DNA from: Callorhinchus milii
Taxonomy: Eukaryota
Assembly (NCBI RefSeq): GCF_018977255.1
Contig: NW_024704743.1
Span: 106,022,001-106,086,000 of the forward strand
DNA: 64,000 nt
Direction of reading: 5' to 3'
The position numbers and the translations under genes were made by a program. The notes beneath the pieces are model-generated. The model did no database searches. It worked only from the letters and a program-made list of their open reading frames with translations, and was not told the origin of the DNA. Shown here one piece after another: positions 26,429 through 39,700 of this stretch; position 1 is the first letter of the stretch, and the number at the start of each line of letters is the position of its first letter.

Positions 26429-28779
26429 TAATAATTGAAAAATAAGATACAGTTGTTGCAAGCTTGTATTGTTCAAAGGTTGTAAACATATATTGTACAG
26501 TGGAATATATGTATACTTTGTAACAAAAGCCTTACATTTTGACAGAATGCATTTTACATTACATTTATTTAAAATTAAACAGCAAGCAGTTAGAGAATAC
26601 AGTAACAGTAATGCATTCATGACCATGTAATATATTCTGAGAATTGTCTGTATAATCTAAATGTGCTCTGCAATAATTCTGTGTAATTTGCAGTGAACAA
26701 TTGAAGTTTCTTAAGTCCCTTTTCTAAATCCTCCATGATGTGAAAGGCGCTATACAAATGTAATTTTGTTGTTGTTCATTCATTAATATTGATAGCTTTT
26801 TCCAACAGATATGAATTGGAATGCTTTTGGTGAATCTCTAGTATTTTGCATTTCACAATATATAATCTACGTGCTACACAACATTGTGCCCATCAGTGCT
26901 ATACAGTATTAAAATAAAATACAGGTGTTTGATGGTTTCACACATCTGAATGTTGTGTTGCTCTTTGAGACTTTGACTTTGTATAATACCACCACTGCAA
27001 ATCTTCCTCTGTTATTTTTCTACTGCTTTCTTTTCTATCAGTAACAATCCCTGCTGTTTCTGATTAATTTGTCATACCTCTGTGATTTTGTGAGACCTAG
27101 AAAATATAAGAAATAACATATGTGACCATGTTATAATAATAATAATAATCCTTGCATTTCATATTGCTCTTTTCATGTTAGGAGGATGTTTCAAAGCGCT
27201 TCACAGGATATGCTTTGAAGTGTAGTGACTGTGTATTTTGTAGGTGAATGCAGCAGCCAATCTGTGTACTTTAATGCCCTATAAGCAGCCATGAAGTAAG
27301 TAATCCAATTTTATTTGGGGGATTATTGGCCAGGACACCGAGAGATACTCCCTTTTGACTCAGAGCCCAGAGTGCAACCAAGTGAGCTAAGATAACACTG
27401 AATTCTATTTAGGATCACTGCTAAATTAATTGAAAAAACAAAAACGTCTGTGTTGAAAAAGTGCTTGCCATATTTCCAAGGGCGATCCTATTTGAGTATA
27501 CAATAGTTTGGTTTACTCCAGGTGCTTCCAAAATGAGAAATGCATTCCAACCATTTTAAAACATGCTCTAACTATTATGAGTGTAGATCCTTTGTTTCCC
27601 CTCTCTATCTCCCAGAAGAAAAACTTCAAGAAAAATATAAGTATTGTTGAAAAATACAATTATTGGAAAGTTATTTTATTTGTTGGGGAAGAGATTCATT
27701 TCAATTAATTTTTGATTATTTAAATTAAAAGTAACCTGGAGTAACAATTAAATCAATGTAATGTTATGTACACTTTAAAATAGAAAAGTTAGAAAGGCAG
27801 GCTGAGTTTCACTTTAACTGGCCCCAAGTGCTAGGAATGTGATAATTTCCTCTTCAACTTGATAATAATTTCCTGGTCTCATACCTTACAGAAGCGTCAA
27901 GTGCAGAAAATAATAGAGATGTACAGGGTCAGAGGAATTTGGAAATGAACAGCATGCTGGAGGCATTTGCTGAGGTCATTAGGCCAGCAGAAAGTGGTTT
28001 GTTTCTTTAACAGATTTTTTTCTGAGAAGTGATTCACTCAACAAGTATGAATAAAATCTAGCGCCAACTTGCCATGGTCAGAAATTACGTAGGAAACAGA
28101 AGGAACACATTTGGAAACATTTGATACAAAGTAAAATTATATGTACATTTCTTCCTATTAATATCTCTGACTGGAGTTTCTCCATCCTGGCTAACAATCC
28201 CCCACACAAAATTGGGAATTCACTTTGTGGCCGATTGTGGGCCATTGCTGTGTACATTGGCTCCAGCTCAATTGATGACTGTGAGACAATTATTATATGT
28301 ATATTGGCTGCCATGTTCACCCACCAAAAAGAATACCCACCCACTATGCTTCATCCGTGAAGCAATTCATCTGTGAAGCTTTTTGAAATATTTTGGCTTT
28401 ATTCGGATGTAAGAATTATTCATTTTAAGCAGACGTGAAGGTTAAAATGATGACTTACAGAGCTGTCAAGTTTGAATTTATTTCCAATGACAGTCACTGG
28501 TAAGCATAACTTCATACCCATGTCTCAGAATAAAATAAAACATACATTAAAAACAGGTTTGCAAACCTGACAATGTTTAACTCACAGAAACCAATACACC
28601 TTTTGATGATATAGAATTATTTTCCTTGAAACAAAATTGTTGTGAGGTCTTCTTCAGCCTCTCCCATCCCAACTCAGTAGTTCTTCCTCTTCTACCTGCT
28701 CTTCATCCTTTCTGTAAGTTCTTCCTCCACACTCTCTCTTTGCTCTATGTTCTCCATCTTTTCTGTCCTCTGTAGCTTT

Positions 28780-29110
28780 ACCCCACCCTAGCCCTGCTAT
28801 CCTCCTGCCGGTCACTTTGCTTAGCAAACATTGACCGCTCATTGTCCCTCGCCTGGTTCCCCTCCACTATCAGTAGATGAGCTTCCTCCATTCTGCCCCT
28901 CTCGCTAAAAAATCCCTTCACCTTTCCCCTTCCCTCCATCTTCAGAACCCATCTTAACACATCTTTTCAACTGTGCTTTCAGCCGCCTTGTGTCCCCCCC
29001 CCCCCCCCAACACCACCCCACTCCATTCCAGCTCAGGCTCCCAGATGCAGTTGTGTGAAGTGCATTGAGACGTGCTCTCGATATGAAAGGCACTGTATAA
29101 CTGTAAATCA
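28780..29110 (+). mobile_element. Degenerate L2 3' fragment
   Basis: Pyrimidine-rich L2 3' region ending in TGAAAGGCACTGTATAACTGTAAAT. Confidence 0.6.
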
Positions 29111-31439
29111 TTATTTAGTTGTGTTCTTCCTCCACGACTCTCTCTTTCTCCTCTCCTGGACTTGGCTTCTCTTTGGCTGACGTCACTGGTCACCCTCCCT
29201 CTATTATGATCTCGGAGGCCGGGACAATGGTCCGATTGTCCCCAACTTCACCAGTCCTCCAGTCAGGTTCCAATCAGTAATTCTTCTCAATGGTATGACC
29301 CAAATGTAAAAGCAACGCCTAAGCAAGGCTTGCCTTATGTTTCCCAGTGCTGTCACAAAACTATGGTGAGTTTATCCAGTGCTTTGATCAGCAGGTCCTC
29401 ACTTTACAACCTGGAAGGAGGTCAGTTACTGTGGCCATGGGTGAGGCTTCAATAAACAGGCACGTATACAATGGACCGAATTATAGAGGACTAAATGTGT
29501 ACACAAACCTATTAAGTTTATGTACACTTGTGACATGAACCAATGCAATGTTTTATTATATTTTCATTTTTCTATATTCAATATATTTTTAGTGCATTAT
29601 ATTTCATACATTTAATCTATATACAGATTATATTTCATTTGTAGACTTTTTTGTTTCAATAGATTATGCGGACAGGTGCTATATCCATACATCACAATTA
29701 AAGGGTCATGAAAATGTGTTTGATAAACGTTATTTCTTTGGATTGTGATGCATGCAATTCTAGTCACACTCCTGAGCTAGTTGTGTGTGAAATTGCCTTG
29801 CTGAAAAACATGAATGACTCCCCTCTGCTTCCCAAATAAACCCAAATTTTGTCAGTCACATTTTCTGTGAAGGTAATGCCCCTTTAAACAATAGTTTATT
29901 TCCATGCACTATACATCATATTTCAGAGTTAAACATATACATCTGAACTAGAAGCGAAGTATCACCTAACAAGGCAAGCAGTAGCAAACATATATGTGCT
30001 ACCTAACTCAATGATGGGAGAAATACCAGATTGTCTGATAGAATATTTTTATAAGAAAATGTCGTGGCCACATTTTGCTCAATGCCTTTTTCAGACGGAT
30101 ATACTGAGCTAATACTCTGTATAATCCAGATTAGTAAAGTATAAAGGAAGATTACAGTCCAGAGATTAATCAGACATCTGTTCAGAACCCCCCATAGCTT
30201 GTCTTCTTGTTATTTAGACTTCACTGTTACTGGCACAGAATTTTAAAATTAATCACTGCAGTCTTGTTAAATCTTGTATGAAGAATAAATAATGATTTAC
30301 AGACACCAAAACATTCAACTATGAGGGTTTATGCACCAATCTGAACCGAGCATATATTTTGAGCTTTGAAAATAATTCCAAACCTAAATAGTTTTGTACT
30401 GTCCACAGTACAGTGTATTTCAAATATCCACCAACACAAAGAGGACTTGTTTGGTGGATAATTGAAATTGACAGATAATCGAGATTCCTCAAACCGATCA
30501 ACATCAGCATTGCACTTTGAGTAGAAGCGAGCTTCCTTTGATGGAAATGGGTTTTGTGGGGTCTGTTTGCCAGAAGAGCCTATAAATTGTGGTTTTATCA
30601 TTCTCAGATCCCAGTTCAGTAGTTAGTTTATTGATATTGATAGTCACTACAGTTATTATTATTACTTCTACTATTAAACAGTTACCTGACTAATCCACAT
30701 AAAATAACAACAATAACTTGTATTGATATCATGCCCTTCACTCAGAATAACATCTCAGAGCACTTTAAAGTGGTGGGACAGGTGTCAAACAGGGATGGAG
30801 AAGCAAGGGGATAAGGAGGTGATGATAGGCACAGTCAAAGAGGTAGGTTTTAAGGTAGGCCTTGAACATAGAGAAGGAGGAAGAGAGAGAAGGAGAAACA
30901 GAGGTTAGGGACATGGAATTGGAAAGCTCAGTTTCCTGAACCACATTCACAAACATCTCATGCAGCAGCGGACTTAATTGCTCTGAGCTAAATAGGAAGG
31001 GAATACTTTATACATCATTTATACATCATATATGAGAACTGCACTGCAGCTAGTCAGTTGTTTACGAATGCCCTAAATGCATCTTAACTTAACCCAGTTA
31101 TACATGACCTTATCATGGCCTCAATTCCCCATGGATGTTCCCTGTAACTGCCACTGGAGCCTGGCTGAGGATTGACCAGGCTGTTGTTTTTGCTTTTGAC
31201 GCAACCAATGTAGAGAGGAATGGACAGGAACAGAGGTCATGTCATTGCTAGGGTCAGGCCACTCCCTGGATCTAGGCCCCAAGCCCCAGGAGCTAGACAA
31301 GGTTTCCCTGTTATCTTAGTTACTTTTGTGACTAATACTGTTTTAAAATCACCATTAATAATAAAATATTATTATCATTAATATGCCCTACCTCTCGCTG
31401 TATAAATGCAAGTTGTTGTAAAATGCTTATCTTCTCTTT

Positions 31440-31612
31440 GGAGGCTTGTAATGTAGTGGTTAGCGGTTACCTCGCAAACGAGAGGACCCGGGTTTGATTC
31501 CTGGATGGGATGAAACCTTAGGCAAGTTTCCTTACTCCAAATGCCTTTGTTTACCGAGTAGTAAGTAGGAGCCTTGTTGATAGTCGATTGGCGGATTACT
31601 TTCCAGGGGTAA
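31440..31612 (+). mobile_element. tRNA-derived SINE 5' fragment
   Basis: Head and GGCAAGTTTCCTTACTCC segment shared with the other copies. Confidence 0.75.
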
Positions 31613-31889
31613 TGGTTTGTGTGGCCCTCTCGCCTCTGATTCAGAAGATTGAGGTTTCAAGCCCCAGTTCGGAACTTGGAATCACAAGTTGCCTCAGTTA
31701 AATCAAGGTCATTTTGTGATGATAATTGGGCTGTCTATTAGCAAACATTTCTGACAACTGAATTGTTTTGAGAACAGAACGTGGAACTCCATTTATATTA
31801 CAAAGCAGCAGATAGATATTAATTTAAAATACATATGTAAGTTACATTTAGAGTTTCAGAGCCCTTTCAGTACTGTTTGAGCTACAGCG

Positions 31890-32045
31890 GCAGAGATTAG
31901 GTCTGAGACTGGATTAAGTAAATTGACCCTGATGTTTCTTCAGATTGTGTGTCATGAAACAAATCCTGTTGATCATTTGTTCAAAATGGCTCTGGGTATT
32001 TGACCGTAAGTTAGTCAAATTTCGTACATATATGAGAATATAGAA
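31890..32045 (+). promoter_or_regulatory. Candidate photoreceptor promoter with CRX/OTX-type sites
   Basis: AGATTAG at 31894-31900, GGATTAAG at 31911-31918, nuclear-receptor-like half site TGACCC at about 31924, and an AT-rich stretch at about 32027-32043, all in apparently non-repeat sequence. Confidence 0.4.
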
Positions 32046-32117
32046 GTTAAACATACTGAACGTGTTTCTTTTATCGCACCTGATGATTGTTATTTTGAGA
32101 TTGTTATTTTGAGATTG
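32045..32117 (+). other. RP1: Candidate non-coding exon 1 of RP1 (5' end uncertain)
   Basis: Consensus donor TTG|GTAAGT at 32118-32123, 2.4 kb upstream of the first coding exon and just downstream of K50-homeodomain sites. Mammalian RP1 has a non-coding first exon. Confidence 0.45.
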
Positions 32118-34555
32118 GTAAGTACTTCTTTCTATTCTTTAAAGTACAGTATATTCTTTAAATGTGGTGAATGAATAAGCAGCATTCTCTGATGCAGCAA
32201 ATGGAAAAAAATAAAGTTAATATAATCTGCCTGATTGGGAATTTATATTCAGGTGGCACTTCAAACCCTTTGATATAGGGTTACATTTACCAAGTCACCA
32301 GCCTGTTTACAAAAGATTACATGCAGAGTTATGTCACTCAGATAAACATGAAAAGCACAACATAAATGTAAATTGTAAATTGTATTGATTTTCTCAGTTG
32401 TTCAATATACCTACAGTACTCCACAGTACATCATTCCAAATTGATTGCTTTAATTGCTACATAATGCCTGGTCACTAAAAGTTATTCCTTGATCTGTGTA
32501 TAATGTATAGACACATAGTTGAGTGTGATAAAAATAAAACGATAACTGAATAATTATGAATAATTTTCAATCTTTTTCAACTTTGATTTTTAACTGTTGT
32601 GTTTGGTGATTTATAATTGCAACAACAATGATTTCCATTTATGTAACTCCTTTCATGTTGGGAGGGTCTCAAAGCAATCACACAGCTGGGGACTTCATCA
32701 TCCCAAGTGTGGGTGCATCTTGTAGAACTCTGAGTCTCTTAAGCATGGTGATAGGTTTCCTCACACGTCAGACACCCAGACAACCACAAGCAAAAGAGTT
32801 GGATGGTTAGATGAAATGTATTCACATGCATTTGTTAGATTGCTCTTGTGAGTAAAATATGAAATATAGAATAAGCACAACTTGGTTCAGGTTGTATTCT
32901 AATGCACAGCTGTAAATTGTACTTCAGAGGCTTGATATCAGCATATGAAAAGTGATATATCTAATGCAAGGATTATTATTATTGTATTGTTATTATGGAG
33001 TTGCTTTACAAGTTGACTGTAGGAATGGCTGGACTGGATACTATATCAATCCTAGCTGATTCATAAAATGAGACAAAACATGTTTCATTTCATTTAATAG
33101 GGAAGGAGAGAAAGGAGTTTCTTTCAGTGTCCTGGCCAACAATCCCCCAAATAAAATTGGTCATTCATCTCACAGCTGTTTGTGGAATATTGTGCCGTGT
33201 TTCGCCTACAAAATACACAGTCTCTCCACTTTACAATATATTCTGTGAAGCGGTTTGAGACATCTCAATGACATGATAAGGTGCTATATCAAATACAAGG
33301 ATTATTATTATTATTATTATTATATTGCAGTGTGCAAATTAGCTGCTGTGTTTGCAAATGTTTGCCCCTCGAAATACAGTCACTCCAGTTTACAATATAT
33401 ACTGTGAAGTGCTTTGGGACGTCTCGAAGACGTGATAAGGTGCTAAATTATTATTATAGGTATTAAGATGGTTGAGTAATTTGGTTATAGACCAGGTATG
33501 TCCTTTATGTGAATATAATATCAATGATATTATTTCATTCAGCAGAGAATTACACAGAGTACAGAATTGGGCCAGTCATTTCAACTAGTCAATGCCAGTG
33601 TTTATCCTCCATGTGAACCGCCACCACTCCTAATCCCCTGTTCCACACTTCTGTATTTCCTTCTCTCTCATGTATGCATTGAGGTTCCTCTTAAATATGT
33701 TGTTGGTTTCTGCTTCAATCTCAGCTCAGCCAATGAGATCCACATTCTCACCACCCTCTGTCTCAAGAAGTTCCTCCGACACTTTATAATAATAATCATA
33801 TAATACATCATATGATAACTTCCTTTTAGATCTAATAGTGCCTATCTTTTATATATACGTCTCCTCAATTGGGATTCACCAACAAATGGAAACAACATAT
33901 TAACATCCACCTTATTGAATTATTTTCATTTTGTTTAACACTTCTATCAATCCTATGAAATGTAAAGAGAAAAACTCCAAAGCTTACTTAATAGCAATGT
34001 CATAATTTTTTTAAATTATTGTTCATATTGTACAATCTGCAGAATCCATTTACCCAATTGACAGTACAGGAATAATTATTTACTCCTATCTTGAATCTAA
34101 CTTTTCTGCACAGTTAAATACTCAAGAACAGTTAACAATCCAGGTCTGTCAACATAACATGGTCTTTAGTGAGTGAGCAGTTTATGGCCACAGGAGCACA
34201 ATATTCTTCCCAATCATCCAGGGAGAATATTTCTCCTTATATAATGAGGCAATCTGAAACTATTTTAATCATTTAAAAGTGCAATACATGGATGACACTT
34301 CTCAGCTGTTTGATCACAGTTACAAAAGTAGTCCTTTGTGTTTAACAATGCTCAGTGGTTAAGGATTTTGGATTGTAAAAGAGACAAATATTAGCCACAA
34401 ATAAGATGAAAGGTTTCACTGTTACAACCATTATTGTGTTTATTTTAGCAATTTGGATAGTTGAAGTGGAAACATTTGAAATGTGGGATTTTTAAGACCT
34501 AAATAACAGGATTGTTCTTGCATTTCATTTATTAGGTTGCATGGTTTAGTGGAAG

Positions 34556-35185
34556 ATGAGTTGGAGTCAGCTTCCTTCAGCTCAACAACCCGCTAAGGAA
34601 ACTGGGGATGCTTATTCTATCCGTCCATCATATTTTGGAGAAAACGGTGGAGTAAGACGAGTTGACTTTTACAAAAGTGGTGATCCGCAGTTTGGGAATC
34701 TTCGGGTAGCTATTAACAGTCGCACATTTAAGACATTTGATTCCTTATTAGATAATTTGTCTAAAAAAATTCCATTGCCATTTGGAGTGCGAACAATTAC
34801 CACACCTCTTGGTGTTCATCACATCACATCTCTTGAAGACTTCCAGGACGGGAATGCCTATATTTGCTCTGATCAGAAGAAAGTGAAGCCGATTAACTTT
34901 GAATTGGCCAGTCGCAAACCTGTTCCCTGGCTCTTTAGCAGGCCAGCTACTGCACAACACCGAGTCACTTTATTGGCCAGACAGTATGGGCATTTTATTC
35001 AAGATCCTACTATGGCAATAAGACCTGGAAGGAAACTTATCGTCTTTAAAAATGGTATCTCTGGTGGGAACCGTACTCTGATTTTGAATAGGAAGACAGT
35101 AATGAGCTTTGATGCACTGTTGAACCACATTACTGAGCTGATGCGTTTTCCTGTAATAAAACTGTACACCACAGATGGAAGAAAG
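34556..35185 (+). CDS. RP1: RP1 first coding exon: doublecortin domain 1 and most of doublecortin domain 2 (210 codons)
   Basis: Translation FYKSGDPQFGNLRVAINSRTFKTFDSLLDNLSKKIPLPFGVRTITTP...LYTTDGRK matches the RP1 DCX domains (RP1-type FYKSGDPQF rather than RP1L1-type FLKRGDPRF). Acceptor TAG at 34533-34535; donor AAG|GTAAGA at 35186; 630 nt, phase 0. Confidence 0.95.
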
Positions 35186-35779
35186 GTAAGAAATGTCTAC
35201 ATGACTGTTCTCAATATTCTGCAGAATATTCAACTGTTTGCCAAATGCTGAAACGAAACGCATATAGTGATCAAAATCATGCAACCAGTCATTGAGCTAC
35301 TCTGCTATCTTTTATGCTTTTTCATTTTCCCTTTAGCTATTGTACATTTCTGTACTAAATTCCCTCATGAAATAGCTTTTGTCTAACATATTAGACACTG
35401 GAGATTTAGATAGACAAGCTGCTTTATAATGCACAGTTGGCTTGTTTCTTCTATGGCTGAATTTGTTCAAACAAGCAATTGAATCATATTCGCTGCATTT
35501 GCCTTTATATTAGAGTCTGATTAAACTGATAGTTTGCAAACTATGACAAAATCAGGTAATTCCCGAATGTTTTGATTGGGCTTGACAGGGCCACAGATTA
35601 CTGTGTTCACTACTCACTGCTAATGGCCGAGAGAATTGGATCAACTGAGCAACTCTGATTGAGGGTTTAGATGATATCAAAAACCTATGAAGTGGTGAAG
35701 TGGGTGGGGTGCAATGCACCTGCTTTTTGAAATCATATTAACTGTTTAATTGCTTTCAATAATACAATTTGTACTTAGC

Positions 35780-36062
35780 TATGAGGGTGGAGGGCAAGGA
35801 GGATAGAGGTAGGAGGGTGGTTGAAGAGGAAGGTCTTGAGGGAGGCAAGGGAGGGAGTGAGGCGAAGAGAATGCGGGATGGAGTTTCAAAGGTGGGGACA
35901 GAGAGGCTGAAGGCTTGACTGCTGATGGTGGGGTGGGCTGGGTTGGGTGGGGATTGTGGAGCAGGCTGGAGCCTGCTAAGTGGAGGGAGCAGACAGGTTG
36001 TTATGGGGTTAGCAGGTCACAGAGATAGGAAGGAGCAAGGCAGTGGAAGGCCTTGAAGGTGC
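35780..36062 (-). mobile_element. L2 3' fragment in RP1 intron
   Basis: Purine-rich reverse complement of the L2 3' region (GGATGGAGTTTCAAAGGTGGGGACAGAGAGGCTGAAGG). Confidence 0.75.
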
Positions 36063-36479
36063 AGGATAGCAAGAAGCAAGGCTTCGGCACCTCAGAGTGT
36101 GTGCTGGGGTAATTGTTAGATTTTAACCAGCTAAAATCATATAGCTTCCCAACTCATTAAGTCTTTGGTTTGCAGGGTTATAGAGTTACATTGAGTTACA
36201 TAGAGTGATATAATCACGTTTGTGACAAACGCAGCAAGTTTGTCAAGAAATAATCTGTAGCTATATCACTTATATTTTGGTTGTGTCATTTTAACAGCAA
36301 AATTCTATCAATATTGGATTTTGTACAACATTTATAGGTTTTCCTACAAGTATAATTCTTAAGACTCCTGTAGTTTAAGAGATTGGAACCAAGTAAAATT
36401 AAGTTCAATAATATTTTAAAAGGCTCATGATTTTGAATGAGATTTCATTTAACCATATTTTGTAAATTAGTTCCTTTAT

Positions 36480-36715
36480 CTCAAATTCAAGATCCTCATC
36501 CTCACCTACAAGGCCTTGCTCCCTCCTACCTCTCTGACCTACTATCCCCCTACTTACCTGCCCGTACCCTCCGTTCCTCTGGCTCCGGTCTGCTCCACAT
36601 CCCCCGCCCTAACCGCCCTACCATCGGTGGCCGGGCTTTCAGCCTCTCAGCCCCTTGGCTCTGGAACTCCATCCCCCAGTGCCTTCGCCTTGCTTCCTCC
36701 CTTTCCTCCTTCACA
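36480..36715 (+). mobile_element. L2 3' fragment in RP1 intron
   Basis: Peptide GLAPSYLSDLLSPYLPARTLRSSGSGLLHIP...GGRAFSLSAPWLWNSIP. Confidence 0.85.
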
Positions 36716-39700
36716 GTAGACTTCAATCATGGTCAATGATAAGTACAATTTTGGATCATAGATTGGGACCTCTGTTTTAAACCTATTAACATTACAGCAT
36801 ATACCAGGGAGAAACCATCTTTGTGATCATGCCAGTCAGATTTAACAAGTGAACTATTTAGTATATTGAACTGTTTTATTGAAATATTCAAGTACTCCGG
36901 GACACTACCCCGCTTGAAGGGTGCTATATACATGCAAGTTGTTGTTCTTTTAGTGTGGTAGAGAACCTTTTTCTTCATGTCTGATCCTGTGGACATGGCC
37001 TGTGAACTGTATGGTTTGCATGACTGATTTAACTGAAAAATTTGGATGAGCGGTAATTGTTCATTTATTTGAATTATTTTCATATTGTAACATAGCATGA
37101 AAGCTGGTAAAGTGGCTCTGTGCAACGTAATGATTGCTTTCATCAAAGACATAACAGACTTGTTGCCAATGCTGTGATCTGATTTCCTGGCGCTCCAAAT
37201 TGATTTATAATACAAAATGGCTTATAGTTACTGTCTGAGCAAAGAATTTTCCAATAACATTGATTTTTATCAAAATACATTTGGGGAACAATGTTACTGT
37301 AATCTTACCTTCAGATGCTTGTAAATTATTTAATCCTTAACATTCAAATTCTGTCCTATAAGATATAAAGTCACATATACAATAAATCAGTCTTATCTTC
37401 CTAGAACTATTTTTCTGTACGAGCATAAATCTGGCTACAAATAGGTCACAGGTCTCAGTCCCAAAGATTATTTCTATCATTATTGGCACCAACATATTTC
37501 TTTAGCTTTGTACAAAATCTGCTGTTAACATCACCATCAGCTGCTGTAAAGAAACAATAGCTGTTAATCTTCACTTCAGCAATGTGCAGTATCGTTAACA
37601 GGCTTTAAATACTCTGAAATGCTACCCTGTGAAGAGGCGCTATGTAAGTACAAGTTGTTGTTGCTGCTGTTGTTGTAAGTGTGATGCTATTGTGTGATGC
37701 ATTCAGCAACTCCGCCTCCACACACTGGAACTCTATCCCGCAATCCCTCCCCCTCAACCCCTCTCTTGCCTCCTTCAAGTTTCATCTAAAGATTTCCCTC
37801 TTTGACCGTGCCTTCGACCAACGACCACAAATTACATTTGTATAGTGCCATTCATGTCAGGAGGACATCCCAAGGTGCTGACATCATCCCACCCCCACGC
37901 CCTCCACCCCTCTGGACTCCAACTCCCATTTTGGGTCCAAAAAAATCCCTGACTGTCCAACACCCTGGGACATCTTTCTGACATGAAGGGTGCTATACAA
38001 GCGTAATTTGTTGTTGTGATATTATAGGCTCCAAGAGGCTACACTGCATGGAGGGCGCCATGTACATGCAAGTTGGTGTTGTATTGTTGGCCTAGTATTT
38101 ATGCCTTGACTGAGGCTTTGGAGAGGACAAGCTCACAGGATAGCAAATACCAAGGATCTGCAGAAGGAAAGACACAAGGCTTCCAATGATTCAGAAGACA
38201 TCAAGCGCATGTTTATTCAACTCAACCTAAATTGTTTAGAATATAGATGAAATTAGGGCCCCAGACTTTTACATTCTTTCCTGGGGAGGTGGGCCAGGGC
38301 TCAAATTTTAAGGCAAAATGGTCTTACAATCAAAGACTGATTGCAATTTCAGGCCTAGAGTAGATGAAATTTGCAACATAACTAAGTGAAAAGCCCAGAT
38401 AGCAGAACAGTAACATAGAAATGGCTGGAAGGCAGCTAAGAATATTATAATTCACTGCTAGCCAATTTAAAATATATATACAATAAACACCCTATTTAAA
38501 TGCAAAGGAGTATTATTTTTACTTTTATTTTCCTTGCTATAAAGGATGTATAAAATATACATGTTATAAAGTATATCCACCAACTATAATGATCATTAGA
38601 CTGTTTATGTCATTGAAGTAACAAGCAAGGAGGAGTCCAAAAGTGCAGTCTCCTTTGTCCTTGCTGCCGTGTTCAATAGTGTTGCAAAAGGTCAATGAAG
38701 AATTCCTGCAGAACCCAATAACTCTACACTAATACACATTGTGCTAAGTGCTCCAAGATCTACCCGACCTAAAGGGCCCTACGTAAATGCAATTTGTTGT
38801 TGTATCATTTCAAATGGGATAGAAACCACTGAGCTACAGGACTCCACCTTCAAGGCAAAAATAATTTATACACTAAAACATCTGCAGTATTGATGGACTG
38901 TATTCAGTGGCTGTCAGTTGCCAATTATTGTTGTACAGTGTCAGGGCATGAATGTGAAGTACATTATAATAAATTAATACGAGTTGAAGTTTTCTGTCTA
39001 ACCAAGGTCAGGTTTCAAGTTTCAGCTGCGTTCAGAAATGAAGCTGCCAACTTGTTAAAAACACCAAGCATTCCTCAAGCTTGATTCATTTCCCTGACAG
39101 TCACAGCTGATCAAAAGCAGGTTTTAGGAAGTGCGTTATTGGAATCTGAGGAAGTCAAAGAAATCTCCCTAAACTAATCTAATAGCCCTGGAATGTCTGG
39201 ACGTAGGAAAAGTATGTTGATGAGACCCAGAACACCAGTGGCAGTGGAGCAAAGTGTTGTGTAAAGCGCTCTGAGTCACCGTCCGGCGTGGAGGGTGCTA
39301 TATAAATCCAAGTTGTTGTTGTAGTTGTACATGAGAGAAGATCGAGAAATTTAAACATCATTCAAAAAGGAGTCTGGGCATGGAAAGATCGTAATACCGA
39401 CATTGGGTAAATCAAATTAGACAAATAATAGACATTCAGTAAAACAAAGTTGCATAAATGTTAATTTTTTTGTTTTTCAACAAATAAAAACTTGGAGGGC
39501 TACCAACTGAACCAGGCTGAAGACCTGTTCCTGTTTCAATTTATAATACCCTTGATGCATCACTGCATCGCAATGACAATTCCAATCTATGTATTATTCT
39601 ATATTTAACTTAAGATAATCTGCCTTGTGTCATAGTACTTGTTAACCTCATTATGTTTTGAATGACCCCCTTAGTTTAGTCAGTGCATTTGCTGAATAGT

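Noticed and set aside
35186..35251. C-terminal tail of the 231-aa ORF, and likewise 43995-44068 and 62187-62248
   Set aside because: Read-through into introns past consensus GT donors.
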